A stretch of 64,000 bases of DNA, from NCBI GenBank assembly GCA_001804865.1, contig MHBK01000019.1, forward strand, positions 40,617 to 104,616. Direction: 5' to 3'. The position numbers and the translations under genes were made by a program. Below, piece by piece: positions 40,637 through 52,800 of the stretch (its first letter is position 1; each line of letters begins with the position of its first letter). This DNA comes from Lentisphaerae bacterium GWF2_57_35 (lineage in GTDB: Bacteria > Verrucomicrobiota > Kiritimatiellia > CAIQIC01 > GWF2-57-35). Under the pieces are notes generated by a model. The model was not told the DNA's origin and made no database searches. It saw nothing but the letters and a program-made list of their open reading frames with translations.

Positions 40637-42350
40637 TAATGCGAGCATTGTACCCTTTAGAATCGTTCCATATGACAAATGGATTATCGTCCGTGCCCAA
40701 CGCCATATCAAAGCCAGTTGTCCCATTGGACGGCGCAACCAGCCCGTTCAGCGTCAGGGAAGAGCCAAAACCCTCCCACATCCCATCTAATTCCGCCCAC
40801 TGTCCTACAATTTCCGGAGGCTGGCCAAACCATTTCGCGACGTAAATGTGTCTCTGCCCCAAGGCATCCATGCCATACCAGGCAACGATGGGCCGACCAA
40901 CGGCATCTTCCTCCATGCGAATCAGGTAGCGATATGACGGCGTCTCGACGCAAGGCAGATACCCCGGAGCCGGCGTCAGCGGATTGGGATCGGCACCCGC
41001 ATAAATTAGCCCCACGGCATTCGTACCATCGCTGATCCGGTCGTTGTCGCTGTCAGGGTTGGAAGGATTGGCGCCTCGTTTATACTCGTCAAGATTGGAG
41101 AGTCCGTCCCCGTCCATATCGCCGGAAGCGTCATTCACCGAAGGCGTCAGCCCATAGCGGATTTCCCAGCCATCGGGCATCCCGTCGGCATCGCTGTCCG
41201 AATTGTCAGGGTTGATGCTAAATAAATACTCTTTCCAATTCGCCGCCTCGTCGCTGTCGCGATCCAACAGCGCATCGGCGGGATTGCCGGGGTCGAAACC
41301 ATGCATCAATTCCCACCAATCCGGCATCTGGTCGGCATCGGAGTCTTCGCCCAAAGTAAAAGCCCCAAGCACAACCCGATTGCTGACGGGAATGGCGCTG
41401 GCACTAAATTGTCCCGCCGGTTCGGGAGGCGAATATTCTCCGTCATAATTTGCATCGATGAAGGCCCGCACATACAGACTCGTTGCCGGAAGCTCGGTCA
41501 TGGAGAAATTTATCGGAAAGCTGGCGAACGTGGTTCCGCCGGTGAGGTCTTCGCCTTGCTGCCAGACCGTCACGCTTTGATAAAGACTTTGCCAACTGTT
41601 TGAGGCCGTCACGGCCAATACATAAACGTTGCCTGTGACGCTGCCGGAATAATTAACGACGCCCCACAAGGACGGCTGATCGTTTAAAGCGATGTTGACG
41701 CCCGAGACATCCGTTGTGACATACAGGGAATACGCGCTATAAATTCCGTGAGGCTCCCAATTTTCGCGGAGGCAGTTCGCGTTGACATCGAGAAAGCTTT
41801 TAAACCAGTACGAGGCAAAATTGCCGATCTCGTCGTTGGTGTAGGCGCTGGGGGAGGCAAGGACGACCGATTTGGCCACGGACCAACTGCTTTCTTCCAT
41901 AACGGTCAGCACGTAAATCGAGCCGGTTTGTTCGCAACCGTTGTAGCTGACCAAGCCCGACACCCGCATCGGGCGAGAGTTGGAATTATACTCGTCCGTG
42001 AGATAAATATATCGTTCACGGGAGTTCGCGTATGAATCTCCATCACTATCAATCGTTGGGTCTGAGAGGGCGTAGATGCGTACGGGTAAGCCGCTGGCTG
42101 TACTGGAATCCGTCCATGACAGGATGTTCGAACCGACGGTGGGCAAATCGCGGGCCGATATCGACCAAATCCTGCCCATCAAATCGCTACAGGAATACAC
42201 GTCCACTCGATTGGAGGGCGGATCGTAAACTACAAGCCGCAGACCGTTCGTAGCCTTGGTAATGTCTTCACAGATGAATCCCTCTTGCGCTCTTGCGGAT
42301 ACCGACAGGACGACCAACAGCAAACAACCCCAGCCCCATGACCACTTCAT
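40602..42350 (-). CDS. Secreted TSP3-like repeat protein, probably C-terminally truncated
   Basis: Signal peptide; duplicated G.V.Y.G..TG..YVL...SW module; DSD.DGMPDGWE repeats; last ~11 residues read from the element end. Confidence 0.75.
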   Translation of the reverse strand: MKWSWGWGCLLLVVLSVSARAQEGFICEDITKATNGLRLVVYDPPSNRVDVYSCSDLMGRIWSISARDLPTVGSNILSWTDSSTASGLPVRIYALSDPTIDSDGDSYANSRERYIYLTDEYNSNSRPMRVSGLVSYNGCEQTGSIYVLTVMEESSWSVAKSVVLASPSAYTNDEIGNFASYWFKSFLDVNANCLRENWEPHGIYSAYSLYVTTDVSGVNIALNDQPSLWGVVNYSGSVTGNVYVLAVTASNSWQSLYQSVTVWQQGEDLTGGTTFASFPINFSMTELPATSLYVRAFIDANYDGEYSPPEPAGQFSASAIPVSNRVVLGAFTLGEDSDADQMPDWWELMHGFDPGNPADALLDRDSDEAANWKEYLFSINPDNSDSDADGMPDGWEIRYGLTPSVNDASGDMDGDGLSNLDEYKRGANPSNPDSDNDRISDGTNAVGLIYAGADPNPLTPAPGYLPCVETPSYRYLIRMEEDAVGRPIVAWYGMDALGQRHIYVAKWFGQPPEIVGQWAELDGMWEGFGSSLTLNGLVAPSNGTTGFDMALGTDDNPFVIWNDSKGYNARIKSGSDLDKLLF

Positions 42351-42700
42351 GCCTTCTCCCCCCCTTGTTTATTTTCCATACACGATCATGCTATTGAATC
42401 AAGGATATACCAGCAATTGCAATTATGACTCAGGCTTGACTCAAGGTGTCCATCTTGACTGTCCCTCCTCAACGTCTGGCACTGGAAAGAAACCACCGGC
42501 TTACGCCGACGGCTATGTAGCCGCGTCCGTAAGGACGTGGATTCTTATTCGTATGCGCGGGGGCAGTGCCAAGATGCACCCCTTGACTCATAGGGAGTTT
42601 CTTAAAGGACCGCGGCCATTCCTGACCGCGATGGCGGGCAAGAATGCCCGCCCTCCCATGAAAAGCCCCGCGTCAACGCAGATCTTAAATCCTATCTTCT

Positions 42701-42786
42701 TCATAATCATAATCTTAATCGTAATCTTAATCCTCATTGTTGTATCGATGAAGAGATTAAGATTATGATTAGGATTACGATTAGGA
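42701..42786. repeat. Inverted hexamer arrays (TCNTAA)n ... (GATTAN)n
   Basis: About five units per arm; second locus at 57669-57748. Confidence 0.85.
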
Positions 42787-42844
42787 GGCAGAGGGGAGCC
42801 CTACTGAAATACGCTGCTATTCTCTACGATTCCCACCAAGTAAA

Positions 42845-42869
42845 CAGGGCGCCTTAGAGAGGCGCCCTG
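42845..42869 (-). terminator. Probable intrinsic terminator
   Basis: CAGGGCGCCT/AGGCGCCCTG 10-bp stem followed by TTTA on minus strand, just after stop at 42896. Confidence 0.55.
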
Positions 42870-42895
42870 CTTCAAAACAAACAATATTCGTCGTC

Positions 42896-43738
42896 TTATT
42901 GTCCGGTCGTCGTCGTTGTCGTCTGAATCAACCCGGCGGTCCCGGCAGACAACCCATCCACGCCCGAACTCCCCGCTCCCACTTCAATCCAGTTGCCTTG
43001 CAGCCGGTATTGCGTGTTGGCTTCGGTGATTTCGTAGGTCGTAGTGGAGGTTGTTGCCGAAGAGCTGTCATTCTTGATCGTCACCGTCTGTGTGCGGCTC
43101 AGTTCCACACCGGTCTCGCGATCATAACGAACTGTCGTTGTGGTTTCTCGTGTTTCAGGAGAACCTTCGATATCTTCAGTTACAGTTATTATATCAATCT
43201 TATTAGTCGCATCGAAAGTCGACGTTGTCGTGGTTCGCGTCCCGCCGTCGCTGGATGAAGTCGACGACGAATCCGTATCCGTCGAAGTCGTGCCTTGAAT
43301 ATCCTTCACCGCCACGGCATGAATTACACCGACGAAGTTGATTTCGCGGCCGCCGGCGGAGTTGTCGTTGCCGGTGAAAGAGACTTGAGCTTGCGCTAGT
43401 TCGGCGCCCGTGGAAAACGAACCGTTCACGCCATCCGCGACCGCTCCGGGGGAGCCGATATTTCCGGTATAGGTCGAGCCGTTATTGTCGGTTATTTCGA
43501 GCGAATTCCCGGCCTGGAAAATGACCAACGAAGTTACCGGCGCCCCCCCCTTTGAAGCCACCAGTTTCCCGCCGCTCATGGTTCCACTGTAGACGCCCGA
43601 AAAATTCAATTGGACGCCCGCGCCTTGGGAGGTATTGAAGCTGCCGTCGCCGCCCGACGAGCCCCACTCACAACCGCTAAACAAAACCAATCCCAGACAG
43701 GTTGCTGCCATTGCCCCGATTACAACTCTCGACTTCAT
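42896..43738 (-). CDS. Thr/Ser/Gly-rich lipoprotein
   Basis: MKSRVVIG...LVLFSG-C lipobox; beta-rich sequence; ATG 43738 follows GGAGAG. Confidence 0.8.
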   Translation of the reverse strand: MKSRVVIGAMAATCLGLVLFSGCEWGSSGGDGSFNTSQGAGVQLNFSGVYSGTMSGGKLVASKGGAPVTSLVIFQAGNSLEITDNNGSTYTGNIGSPGAVADGVNGSFSTGAELAQAQVSFTGNDNSAGGREINFVGVIHAVAVKDIQGTTSTDTDSSSTSSSDGGTRTTTTSTFDATNKIDIITVTEDIEGSPETRETTTTVRYDRETGVELSRTQTVTIKNDSSSATTSTTTYEITEANTQYRLQGNWIEVGAGSSGVDGLSAGTAGLIQTTTTTTGQ

Positions 43739-43869
43739 CGGCTCTCCTTTATCAGCTTTTTTGAATTGCTCTTTACTTTTAACGATATTGTTCCCATTGG
43801 TCAAACCAATCCTGTCCCCTACAGCGACGTAGCCGCCGGCGTAAGCCGGTGGTTCTTTGTCCCGCCCCC

Positions 43870-46800
43870 TTACAGCCCCGTAACCAACCACACGCGATAC
43901 ACTCGCAACGGCGTAGCCGACGCATCCTGAGCGGTAGCGGTGCTGCTATTGGCCACCACGGTATCCAATACATGCCACTGCCACTGCCCATTAACCATTG
44001 TGTCGGCGTATTCCACCAAATACTGGCAGCCCGGCACCGCCGGCCATTCGATGGACGCAGAATTGCCGCCCAGGATGGCTTCCAAATCCAGAGGAGGGAC
44101 CGCACTATTTATAAACATGGAGGTATTCGTCTCACTCAGCACGCCAAAGGCATAGCTGCCCAAGGGCAACAAGCCGAACTGGAACAATCCATTGGCATCG
44201 GTCACCGTATTCGTCACCCCTTCGCCATTCGAGTGGATACCCAACAGGCTGACTTTGACGCCGAACAAGTTGGTCATCACGCCCGAGATTTCGGACGCCT
44301 GGAGCAAGGCCACATCGTCGATATACCAGCCGCCGGCCACGCCCGTCGCGTCCGATTGCAGGGTGAAGCGGAAGTACACATTCTGCTCGTTGGCCAAGTT
44401 GTCCAGCGGAACCACCACCCTCCGCCAATTGCCGCGCGAATTGAACGCGCTGCTACGGTTCGGCAACAACGGCAGAACGGGCTTGTTCAAACCCGACTGG
44501 TGCGTGTTGATATCAGCCGGCGTTTCAGGCCGCACGGCCTCCACGCGAACCACATCGTTGGAATCGAACAAGTCCAACCACTCGTAAAAGACGAGGAAGT
44601 AGTTGTTGTAGTTGTTCGTCGACGTCGCATTCGACGGCGGCAGCGTCAACTGGACCAACGGGCTATAAAGCTCCATCATCGCACTGTTGGGATAGTTGCC
44701 GTCCAGAGCCGTTCCGTAGCACCAGCGTCCGCTATGGGCATAGCGAGGAGCTCCGTTGGAACCCACCGCTGAATTGTTCGGCACCCCTCGTTTCCAAACG
44801 TCCTTCGTGTTGAAGGGATCTTCGATCGAGTAGCGGTGGTACCAGAGATCCACTTGAACCTCCTGTTCCGCCTCCACACCGTTTTCAAATTGTCCTGATT
44901 GTACGCGGCGGACTGCGTCCGGCTCAGCGAAGTATTCATAAGGCAGGTCGTATTTCGCAGCATATTCGCCATCGTCGTTTCGGAGCGACTCCATGTCGGC
45001 AACTGCGCCTCGCAGAGTCAACGGGAAAGGCCATGCATACGCCGTAACACGAGGAATAGGACCGATTTTATTGAAAGCGTATGGGACTGTTTCTGTCGCA
45101 TTATTGGTTTGAACCAGCTTATTCACCCTGGGATCGCGGCCTGCCGCCCGACCGCCCAGTTCGTGCTCAATGCCATCGCTTACCATGTCGAAATCGGTGT
45201 CGTAAGCCGTGTTCATGGCGCCGAAACGTCCGCCGAACAAATATGCGGCCGGTTTGGCTCCGCGAGGGTCGCCTAGATCCAGAGTAACCGTACCTTCATC
45301 GTCAGCCTCGTCCTCCGTGTCCTTCGTGTCGCGGAAGGTATAGCGGCCTGTTTTATCCTTGCTGGAACGCCCGTTCTGAGCCCAAACCATTGACGAGAAG
45401 GCTCGGGGAGAAGGACCTTGGGAGAGCGGTCCGGTCGGGTTGACCAGTATCCACCGATTCGTTGCGCCACTGGACAACACCCAGGTATCGTTGAAGTAGG
45501 CATTGCCGTCCGTGCCGCCGAACAGAACGATCTTCTGCTTGTTGGCGCTAACAAAGTAATCGCCTACGCCTCGATTGTAATCAAAGTCGCCGTAGTAGAT
45601 CATCGAAGCGCCACCGCGAGGCTGAGGCCGTTCCTTATTCTGGAAGCCCGTAATCTGGACCCATTCCGCAGCGTTGGTAATCGTGCCGTTCAGCACATTT
45701 GTGACCCCATTCTCGACATTGGTCACTGTGAAATCGGTGGTAGGCTCACGGTAAATCCACAGGTCATTCAATGGGCGGTGATTGGCGTCGAAGCCGCCGA
45801 ACAACACCACCCGTTGGTTACTTCCGTCATAGACCATGGAATGTCCCCAGCGCGGCGAAGGACTGCTGGCCGTCACCTTCTGGAACCAGTTCAGCTTATC
45901 CGGATCGCCGCTGACCTTCCAACTAACTTCGCCTTCGTGCGTATCGCCGAGAACCCTCCGACCATCGATACCGCCAAACATCACGAGCTTCTGCCGTTTG
46001 AAATCATAAACCACGGCAGAGGACTTCCGATCGGACACGTCTTGCGAATAGTAGGTTGTAGTAATTTCAGGAGACGCCCAGTGTGGATCGTCCGCATAAC
46101 TCGGCTTGAAGGATATTACCAACCGAGTCTTCTGAGGCCGTATTTTGGCGGTTCTTCCGGTCAAATTAGTGCTATACACGACGACGCCAAACGATTCCCG
46201 CCCAAACCGGCCATAATCGTAGGCTTCCTGAACAATGCGCATAACATCGACCGTCACTACACCCGATGAGCCTTGAGGAATGTTGGTGTACAGAGGCATG
46301 CTGTTGAAATAACGGCCGTTTGTCTTAAACAAATCGCCCAACGACGCCCAGCCTCCAGGCTCGTTGCCGAAGCTGTTGAATTCCGTAAACATAGCAATGT
46401 CGATGTTGGTGGAAACTGGATCCACCAGCTCGAATTCAAGTTGAGCCGAGAGAATTTTCTCGCAGATGCTTCCCAAACCGTTCAGTTCGGCAAACGCGAA
46501 GGCATTTGTACCGTAGAACGAGTTCGTGACATACGTCGTTATGCCCTGCGCTATCGTCGTGCTGACTTCGTGATACGGACCGCCAAAGAGCAGTTCGCCC
46601 TGCTTGTTATAGCCAACCTTAATAGTAATATTCGTGGTGACATTGGTCACGCCCTGGACCTGAACTTGCGTTTCAACGGATTCCATCCCGTCCTGGCTGA
46701 CAAAGTTCCTCTCTTCCACCACCTGATCGTCGGTAGATTTGTAGAAGAGATGATTAAGATAGTACTTGTGACTATTGTCCCAACCACCAAAGAGGAAAGT

Positions 46801-49800
46801 CCAATCCAGACTTCGACTCGTCGACCACGGCCTATTTTTGGGTTCCAGGAAACTCGTTCCGTCGCAGTTATAAGGGACATCCGTGCATCCACAATCCTTC
46901 TCTTTGGTATTACCGTAGGTGAAAAGAGGAACTGCCGAGAGTTCGCTCATAGCCAAGCTGGTATATAAGGGATGAACCGACGTCAGAGGCGCCTTGCTCT
47001 TCTGCCAGCAATTGGATTTCATGCTGAATTCCCAAACATCGCTATGCTTGGTCACGCCATCGCGACCTCCAATCACCACCAACTGACGATTGTCGAGCAG
47101 GATCGTGCCTGAATTGTCGTTTCGAGGATTCTTGGTCTCAAAGACCGGGATATAGGACATGGCCGCGCCCCAGCGCGGAGCAGGCACATCGCCCGTGCTG
47201 TTCGGACGGACCGATTCCCAGTGCGGCAGATCATCCTTGCTGGGCCAAACCAAGCGCCAGAGGTCATTCAAGGCCTGATCATAATGATTGGTCACAGTGG
47301 GAAGATTATCCCATTGAACAACATAATGGTCGACCGACTGCTCATTCGTTACGGTCCTCAGCGCGCCAAAATAGTCCGAGACAATATAATTGACTTGGCC
47401 TGAAGGATTGGGCGCAACTTCCCAGAAATACTCATCATTGAGCCAGTGCCAAGCCCCATTGGTATAGTAGCCGCCGAAGGCAATATTTTCCATGAAAGGA
47501 GTGAAATTATCCGAAGCGTACAAGAGGCGGTCGCTCATTTGCATGACGGCTAAATGCCCGGTAATGCTGTTGAACATTGGATGAGGAATCCTGGCCGACG
47601 CACTGACGGCTTCCCAAGTGCAAGTCGGGCAGGCTGCCACCACTTGAAACTCGGTGCGGCGCAATTTCGATTCGACTTCGCCCCATTTGCCCGGCACGGA
47701 CGCGCCATCCATCAAGCGATCCGTATCCGAATCCTGCAGGATAGGGTTGGAGCGGAAGATGCGATCTTCCTCGCCATCGCCCAACCCATCTTCGTCCGTA
47801 TCGGGATTCCACGGATCGGTGCTCAAGCTGTCGATCGCATTGGAGCTGGCGGTCGGATCCAAATGGAAGCGAACTTCGTATTCGCGAAGATTCCACAAGC
47901 CGTCGCCATCGTTATCGCCATCGACGCCAACGGACGTGTACCGGTACACAAAGACGCCATAGGGCGTAACAATATAGGTTGGATCAACACCACCCTGATC
48001 CAGCGGATCGAGATTGTAATAACTGATGGGCACCGGATCCATCGGATGCAGGCCTTTGAGCACTTCCCAACCATCCGGCATGCCGTCGCCATCCGAATCA
48101 GGATTGAACGGATCGGTCGAGAAATCCCAAACATAGCCCGACATGTTATTGCCAAACATGCTGTCCCGAACCAAATACTCCTGAAGATTCGAGAGGCCAT
48201 CGCCATCCGGATCGTCGTCGCCATCATTCGGGTTATAGGGATCGAGCCGCGAATCGTTGCGAAGCCGTCCAAAGGCGTCGATCACTTCAAAGCCATCCGG
48301 CATACCGTCCCCATCCGTATCCCAATCGGTCGGGCCATCGGCATAGCCGTCGCCATCCAAGTCGCCGCCGTTCCAGTTCGGGAAGAACCCACCGTCACGA
48401 ACACCATCCATGTCCCTGTCCCAAACTTCCCGGCCATCCAGCAAACCATCGTTATCCGTATCGATATCCAGCGGATCAGTTCCGTAGGTCAAGACTTCAA
48501 CGCCATCCGGCAGATAATCGGCATCGGTATCGGACAGCTTCGGATTGGCGCCATAATAGAACTCGCCGTAGTTCGGCAAGCCGTCATTATCGGGATCGAA
48601 CCAGGCATCGGAAGGATTCAAGGGATTGAATCCGTAGTAAACCTCCCAACCGTCGGGCATACCATCTTCATCGGTATCGCCTGCTGTAGGATTAGTGCTG
48701 TCGAAGTTATTCGTAAGGGCCTGGCCGTCCTGGCCGAGGAACTCCGACAAATTGCTCAGGCCATCGCCATCCGGGTCTTCCGCCGTGAGCCGAGCTTCGA
48801 TCGGATCGAGCTTGGCAATGGTCGAAAGTCCATACAAGGCCTCAAAGCCATCCCACATGCCGTCGTTATCGGTGTCAACAATGTTGGGCAAGGCGTCGGC
48901 ATACAGCACGGCGCCCTTGTTGTGGCCCACGGTCACGGACTTGTCTACCACGGTCGAAGGAACGCCCATGAACACAGTAACCGCCTTGCTCGCAGAAGGC
49001 ATGGGCAGGTCCGGATGGGTCAAGTCGCTCGAGATGAAGCGATCGCCTTCAATGGCCACCGCCACATGGCCCGTACCAAAATTATCGATGCCTTCCAGAT
49101 ATCGGCCGCGGAAGAAGGAACGGACGAAGGAGGCGCCTTGTAGCACATTGGTTTCAATGGTGGAGAAGGCCAACCGGTTGGAAATCCCGTCGTAGCCCAA
49201 TTCGCTGCCGTCCATCATTAGATCGCCATCGGTATCGGCATTGAACGGGTTCAGGAATACGTTATAGAGCCTGAACTGGTCGAATTCCAGCAGGCTGTTC
49301 AGGCCATCGGTGTCCGGGTCGGAATTGCGGTCGTAGCGGAAAATATTCGTATAGCCCGCGACTTCCACGGAATCGCCCACCCGGTCATAGTCCTTATCCG
49401 CATCGTACAAAATAAACTCGAAGGCATTGGTTATACCGCCGAAGACATTGATCGTGCGGGTTTCCGTGTCGCGATAACCCGGCAATGTCAGAGTAACATT
49501 GTGCTGGCCGGACCGCAAATCGGATACCAGCGCCGGAGTCAGGTTGGTCACATCGATCGACGGATGCGAGACGGAAATCCCATCGATGAATATCTCGGCC
49601 CCGCTCACCGCATTGCCGCGTATGTCGACCGTGCGAATGAAGGTTCCGCCGGTAGGACCCGCGGTTTCATTCGTGGCAAACCGGATCGTCGTACGGGATC
49701 CATATGGAACGGAAACCGTCTTGGGTGCGATCCAGAGATTGTTCGTAGCAACAAGCCTCACCTCATGAAGCCCGGCCGGCAGAACCCAATGGCTGACGGG

Positions 49801-52800
49801 AGTCAAGTTGGTAGTCGACCGCCCATCAAGCCAAATCGGATAAGCTTTTCCATCTTCGGCCGCAACCGAAAGGAAACCGGACGCCTGAGACGTGGAGACG
49901 TTGACCAGAGTAACTTCCCCTTCCCGAAGATTAACCACAGGCGGCGGAAATGCGGTTAAATTGGATCCGACAAAGAGCCAATGATCTCCCGGCGCGAGAT
50001 CGCCTAAAAGCGTGGGCTGCCTTGCTTGTGTAATCCAGTCCGGATAATTATTGAGCAACGTGGCATTGGTAGACGTCCGATACGCCGCAAAGCTGTTCAA
50101 GGCCTTGTTCGTATCAGCCACGCCATCCCAGACTGTCGCCTGCAAGTTGGACGACAAGCCGTTGACATAAATGTCGTACGCCAACCCGGCGGGATTGGGG
50201 AACATCACGCCCAGGTAGGAACGGCCGCGGCCCTTCTCTAACTCGAAATGGGCATTGGTGATGGACGAGCCCGGTGCGGTCAGATCCACCCAGCCATTGG
50301 TGGCCAACCCCACATCAGCTACGCCCGGATTAGCTTGCCGTGCAAAACCATAGGGACCATTGAAGAGCCGGCCATTGAAAAATTCCGCCTGATGGCTGGC
50401 TTCGCTGGCTTTGACGAAATAGCGTCCTTGAGGCAGGCCGGAAATCGCATAACTGCCGTCGGACAGGGTGAGCGCCTCGCCAAAGGATTTACCGGGCAAC
50501 ACAAAGCGATGGCCCTGGATCAGATTGGTGATGCCTCCTCGGCCCAACGCCTGCACGCGGGCGCCGGAGATCGGGGCGCCGTCGATATCGCGAACCCAAC
50601 CCGCAATCTTGACGCCTTCATAGATCATCACGTCGTCAACGTACCAGCCATGTAAGAAATTATTGATGGCATTAGCCACGAAGAGAAAACGAACCTGCAC
50701 ATTGGACATGCCCGCAAACTGCGAAATGTCGAGGGTGCGATTCACCCAACGCGAAGGCACGTTGGATTGCGTGTTATCTTCGACGCCGCTCTTTCCGGAC
50801 ATGGCTGCCGAGACGGGGAACCAATTGGTATTGGCGCCGCCGCGGGCGAAGACCTGCACAAAGTCGCCGTTGGGTTCGGTGTCATAGTTTTCGTTCCAGG
50901 AAACAAACAGCGTGGCCGAGTTGGTCGGCTGACACTGAGGGCTTTCGAGCGCCGCGCGCAGGGCCGTAATGATCGTCCCATTGGTATATCCCGCCAGGAC
51001 ATTCGTTCCATACTTCAAGTCGCTAGCAAAACGAAACGCCGTATTGGTGGATCGTTCATGCTGATAGGCGATACCGCTGGTATTTGGATAGGGCTCAGCC
51101 TGCGACAAATGCCAGAGGTTGAACGGCAGAGCCGGGTTGACAGCGCGCGAGAACCAGTTGGTGCGCGAAACCGAGTTTGTTTCGAAGTTGGCGTTAAGGA
51201 ATACGCGCAGAACCGGCGGGCTGTTAGTCGGATTCCACCCCAATTGAATCATGTCCGCATCGCCGGCCAGACTGCCTTTCGTATCGGCCTTCCGAGGATC
51301 GGCGCCGATCGCCAACTCGTTCCCATCATCCAAGCCATCCAAATCGGTATCCGACAAGGAAGGATTGGTCAGGCGATTGGTCACTTCCATGCCATCGAGT
51401 TCACCGTCGCTATCGCTATCGGCATAGCGCGGATCGGTACCCCATTGATATTCCTGCAAATTGTTCAGTCCATCACCGTCCGCATCCAGGACAGCATCCG
51501 CCGGATCGACGGGATTAAAGCCCTGCATCATTTCCCAGCCGTCCGGCATGCCGTCAGCGTCCGTGTCCCAGAGGGTCGGGTTGGGACTGAGCAGATTCGT
51601 CGTCCAGGTCACGCACAGATTGGTATGGCCGAGATACCACTGGTATTCCTCCAGATTGGAGGCGCCGTCGCTGTCCATATCCGCGCCAGGCATTTGATTG
51701 GTCTGCCCCCAGTCGCCGGTTCGGATATTGATCGTGCCGTTATCCAGGGGATCCATGGCCACGGCATTGGTATGAAGAGGATTGTCATAAGAGAAGAACC
51801 ACTCCCAGCCGTCCTTCATTCCATCCGCGTCGGTGTCCGCAATGCAAGGCTCCGTACCCACCGCAATTTCCACGAGATTGCTAAGACAGTCCCCATCCGT
51901 GTCGCCATTGCCCGAAACAGGTCCTGCGGAGCGGATGATGGTGTTGCGGTCGAACAGATCGGCATCGTCAACCGCGCGAACGCCAAAGCAATAAATGCGG
52001 TCATTTACCAGCCCGTTGTTGGTCCAGGTGTTGATATTGGTGACAACAGCCACCACGTGACTGAAGACGTCCGTTTCAGAGCAAGCGGGCGTGATGCCGC
52101 AAGGCCACGTATTGGCTCCGCGATATACCCGATAGGTAATGGTGGAAGAAACGTTGTCCACCGCGTTCGACCAATGAAGAACGACATTGCCGTTCGTTCC
52201 GCCGATTGCGGACTGCAACCCGCCAAAGGAGGGCGATGTCCGGTCGCCGACTAATGCATACGACACAACTTCATCTAAGCCAGATGCATCGTTTCTATTC
52301 TGGAATGTCACTACGGGCAAGCCAACGCTATCGACCAGCAAGCGGGGCTTTAGAACACGACCGCCCATCTGAGATATACCCGGAGCTTTGTCTGATCCCG
52401 CCACGCCGGACCAAGACACACCATTGAACTTGCGGACCAGGATAGAATTGCCCACGTTCGTGCCAGCCTGCCAGGCCACCGTGACATGGCCGTTAAAGCT
52501 CTCGGCGATGGTCGGACAATCGGGTTGTAGAATGTAATTCGTGGATGCACTGACGCCAGGATAGGTCATCGACCCCCCAAAAGCACTCCAACCACCACTA
52601 TAGCGTTGTGCAAAGACTTGCACATAATATTCACCTGCACTTGTATCAGGATATCGGATCCACGTGCGGTAAATCGAGCCTCCTGCACCGACACTTAGAC
52701 TGGGCCGATCAAGAAACTTTTCGGAGGTAACAGCACCAAGATTAGCCCATGCAGATCCTGTCCATCGATACGTTTCAATCGACCAGGGGGAGGACATGCG

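Noticed and set aside
42256-42768. 170-aa ORF with poly-Ile membrane segment
   Set aside because: The hydrophobic run is simply the translation of the hexamer repeats
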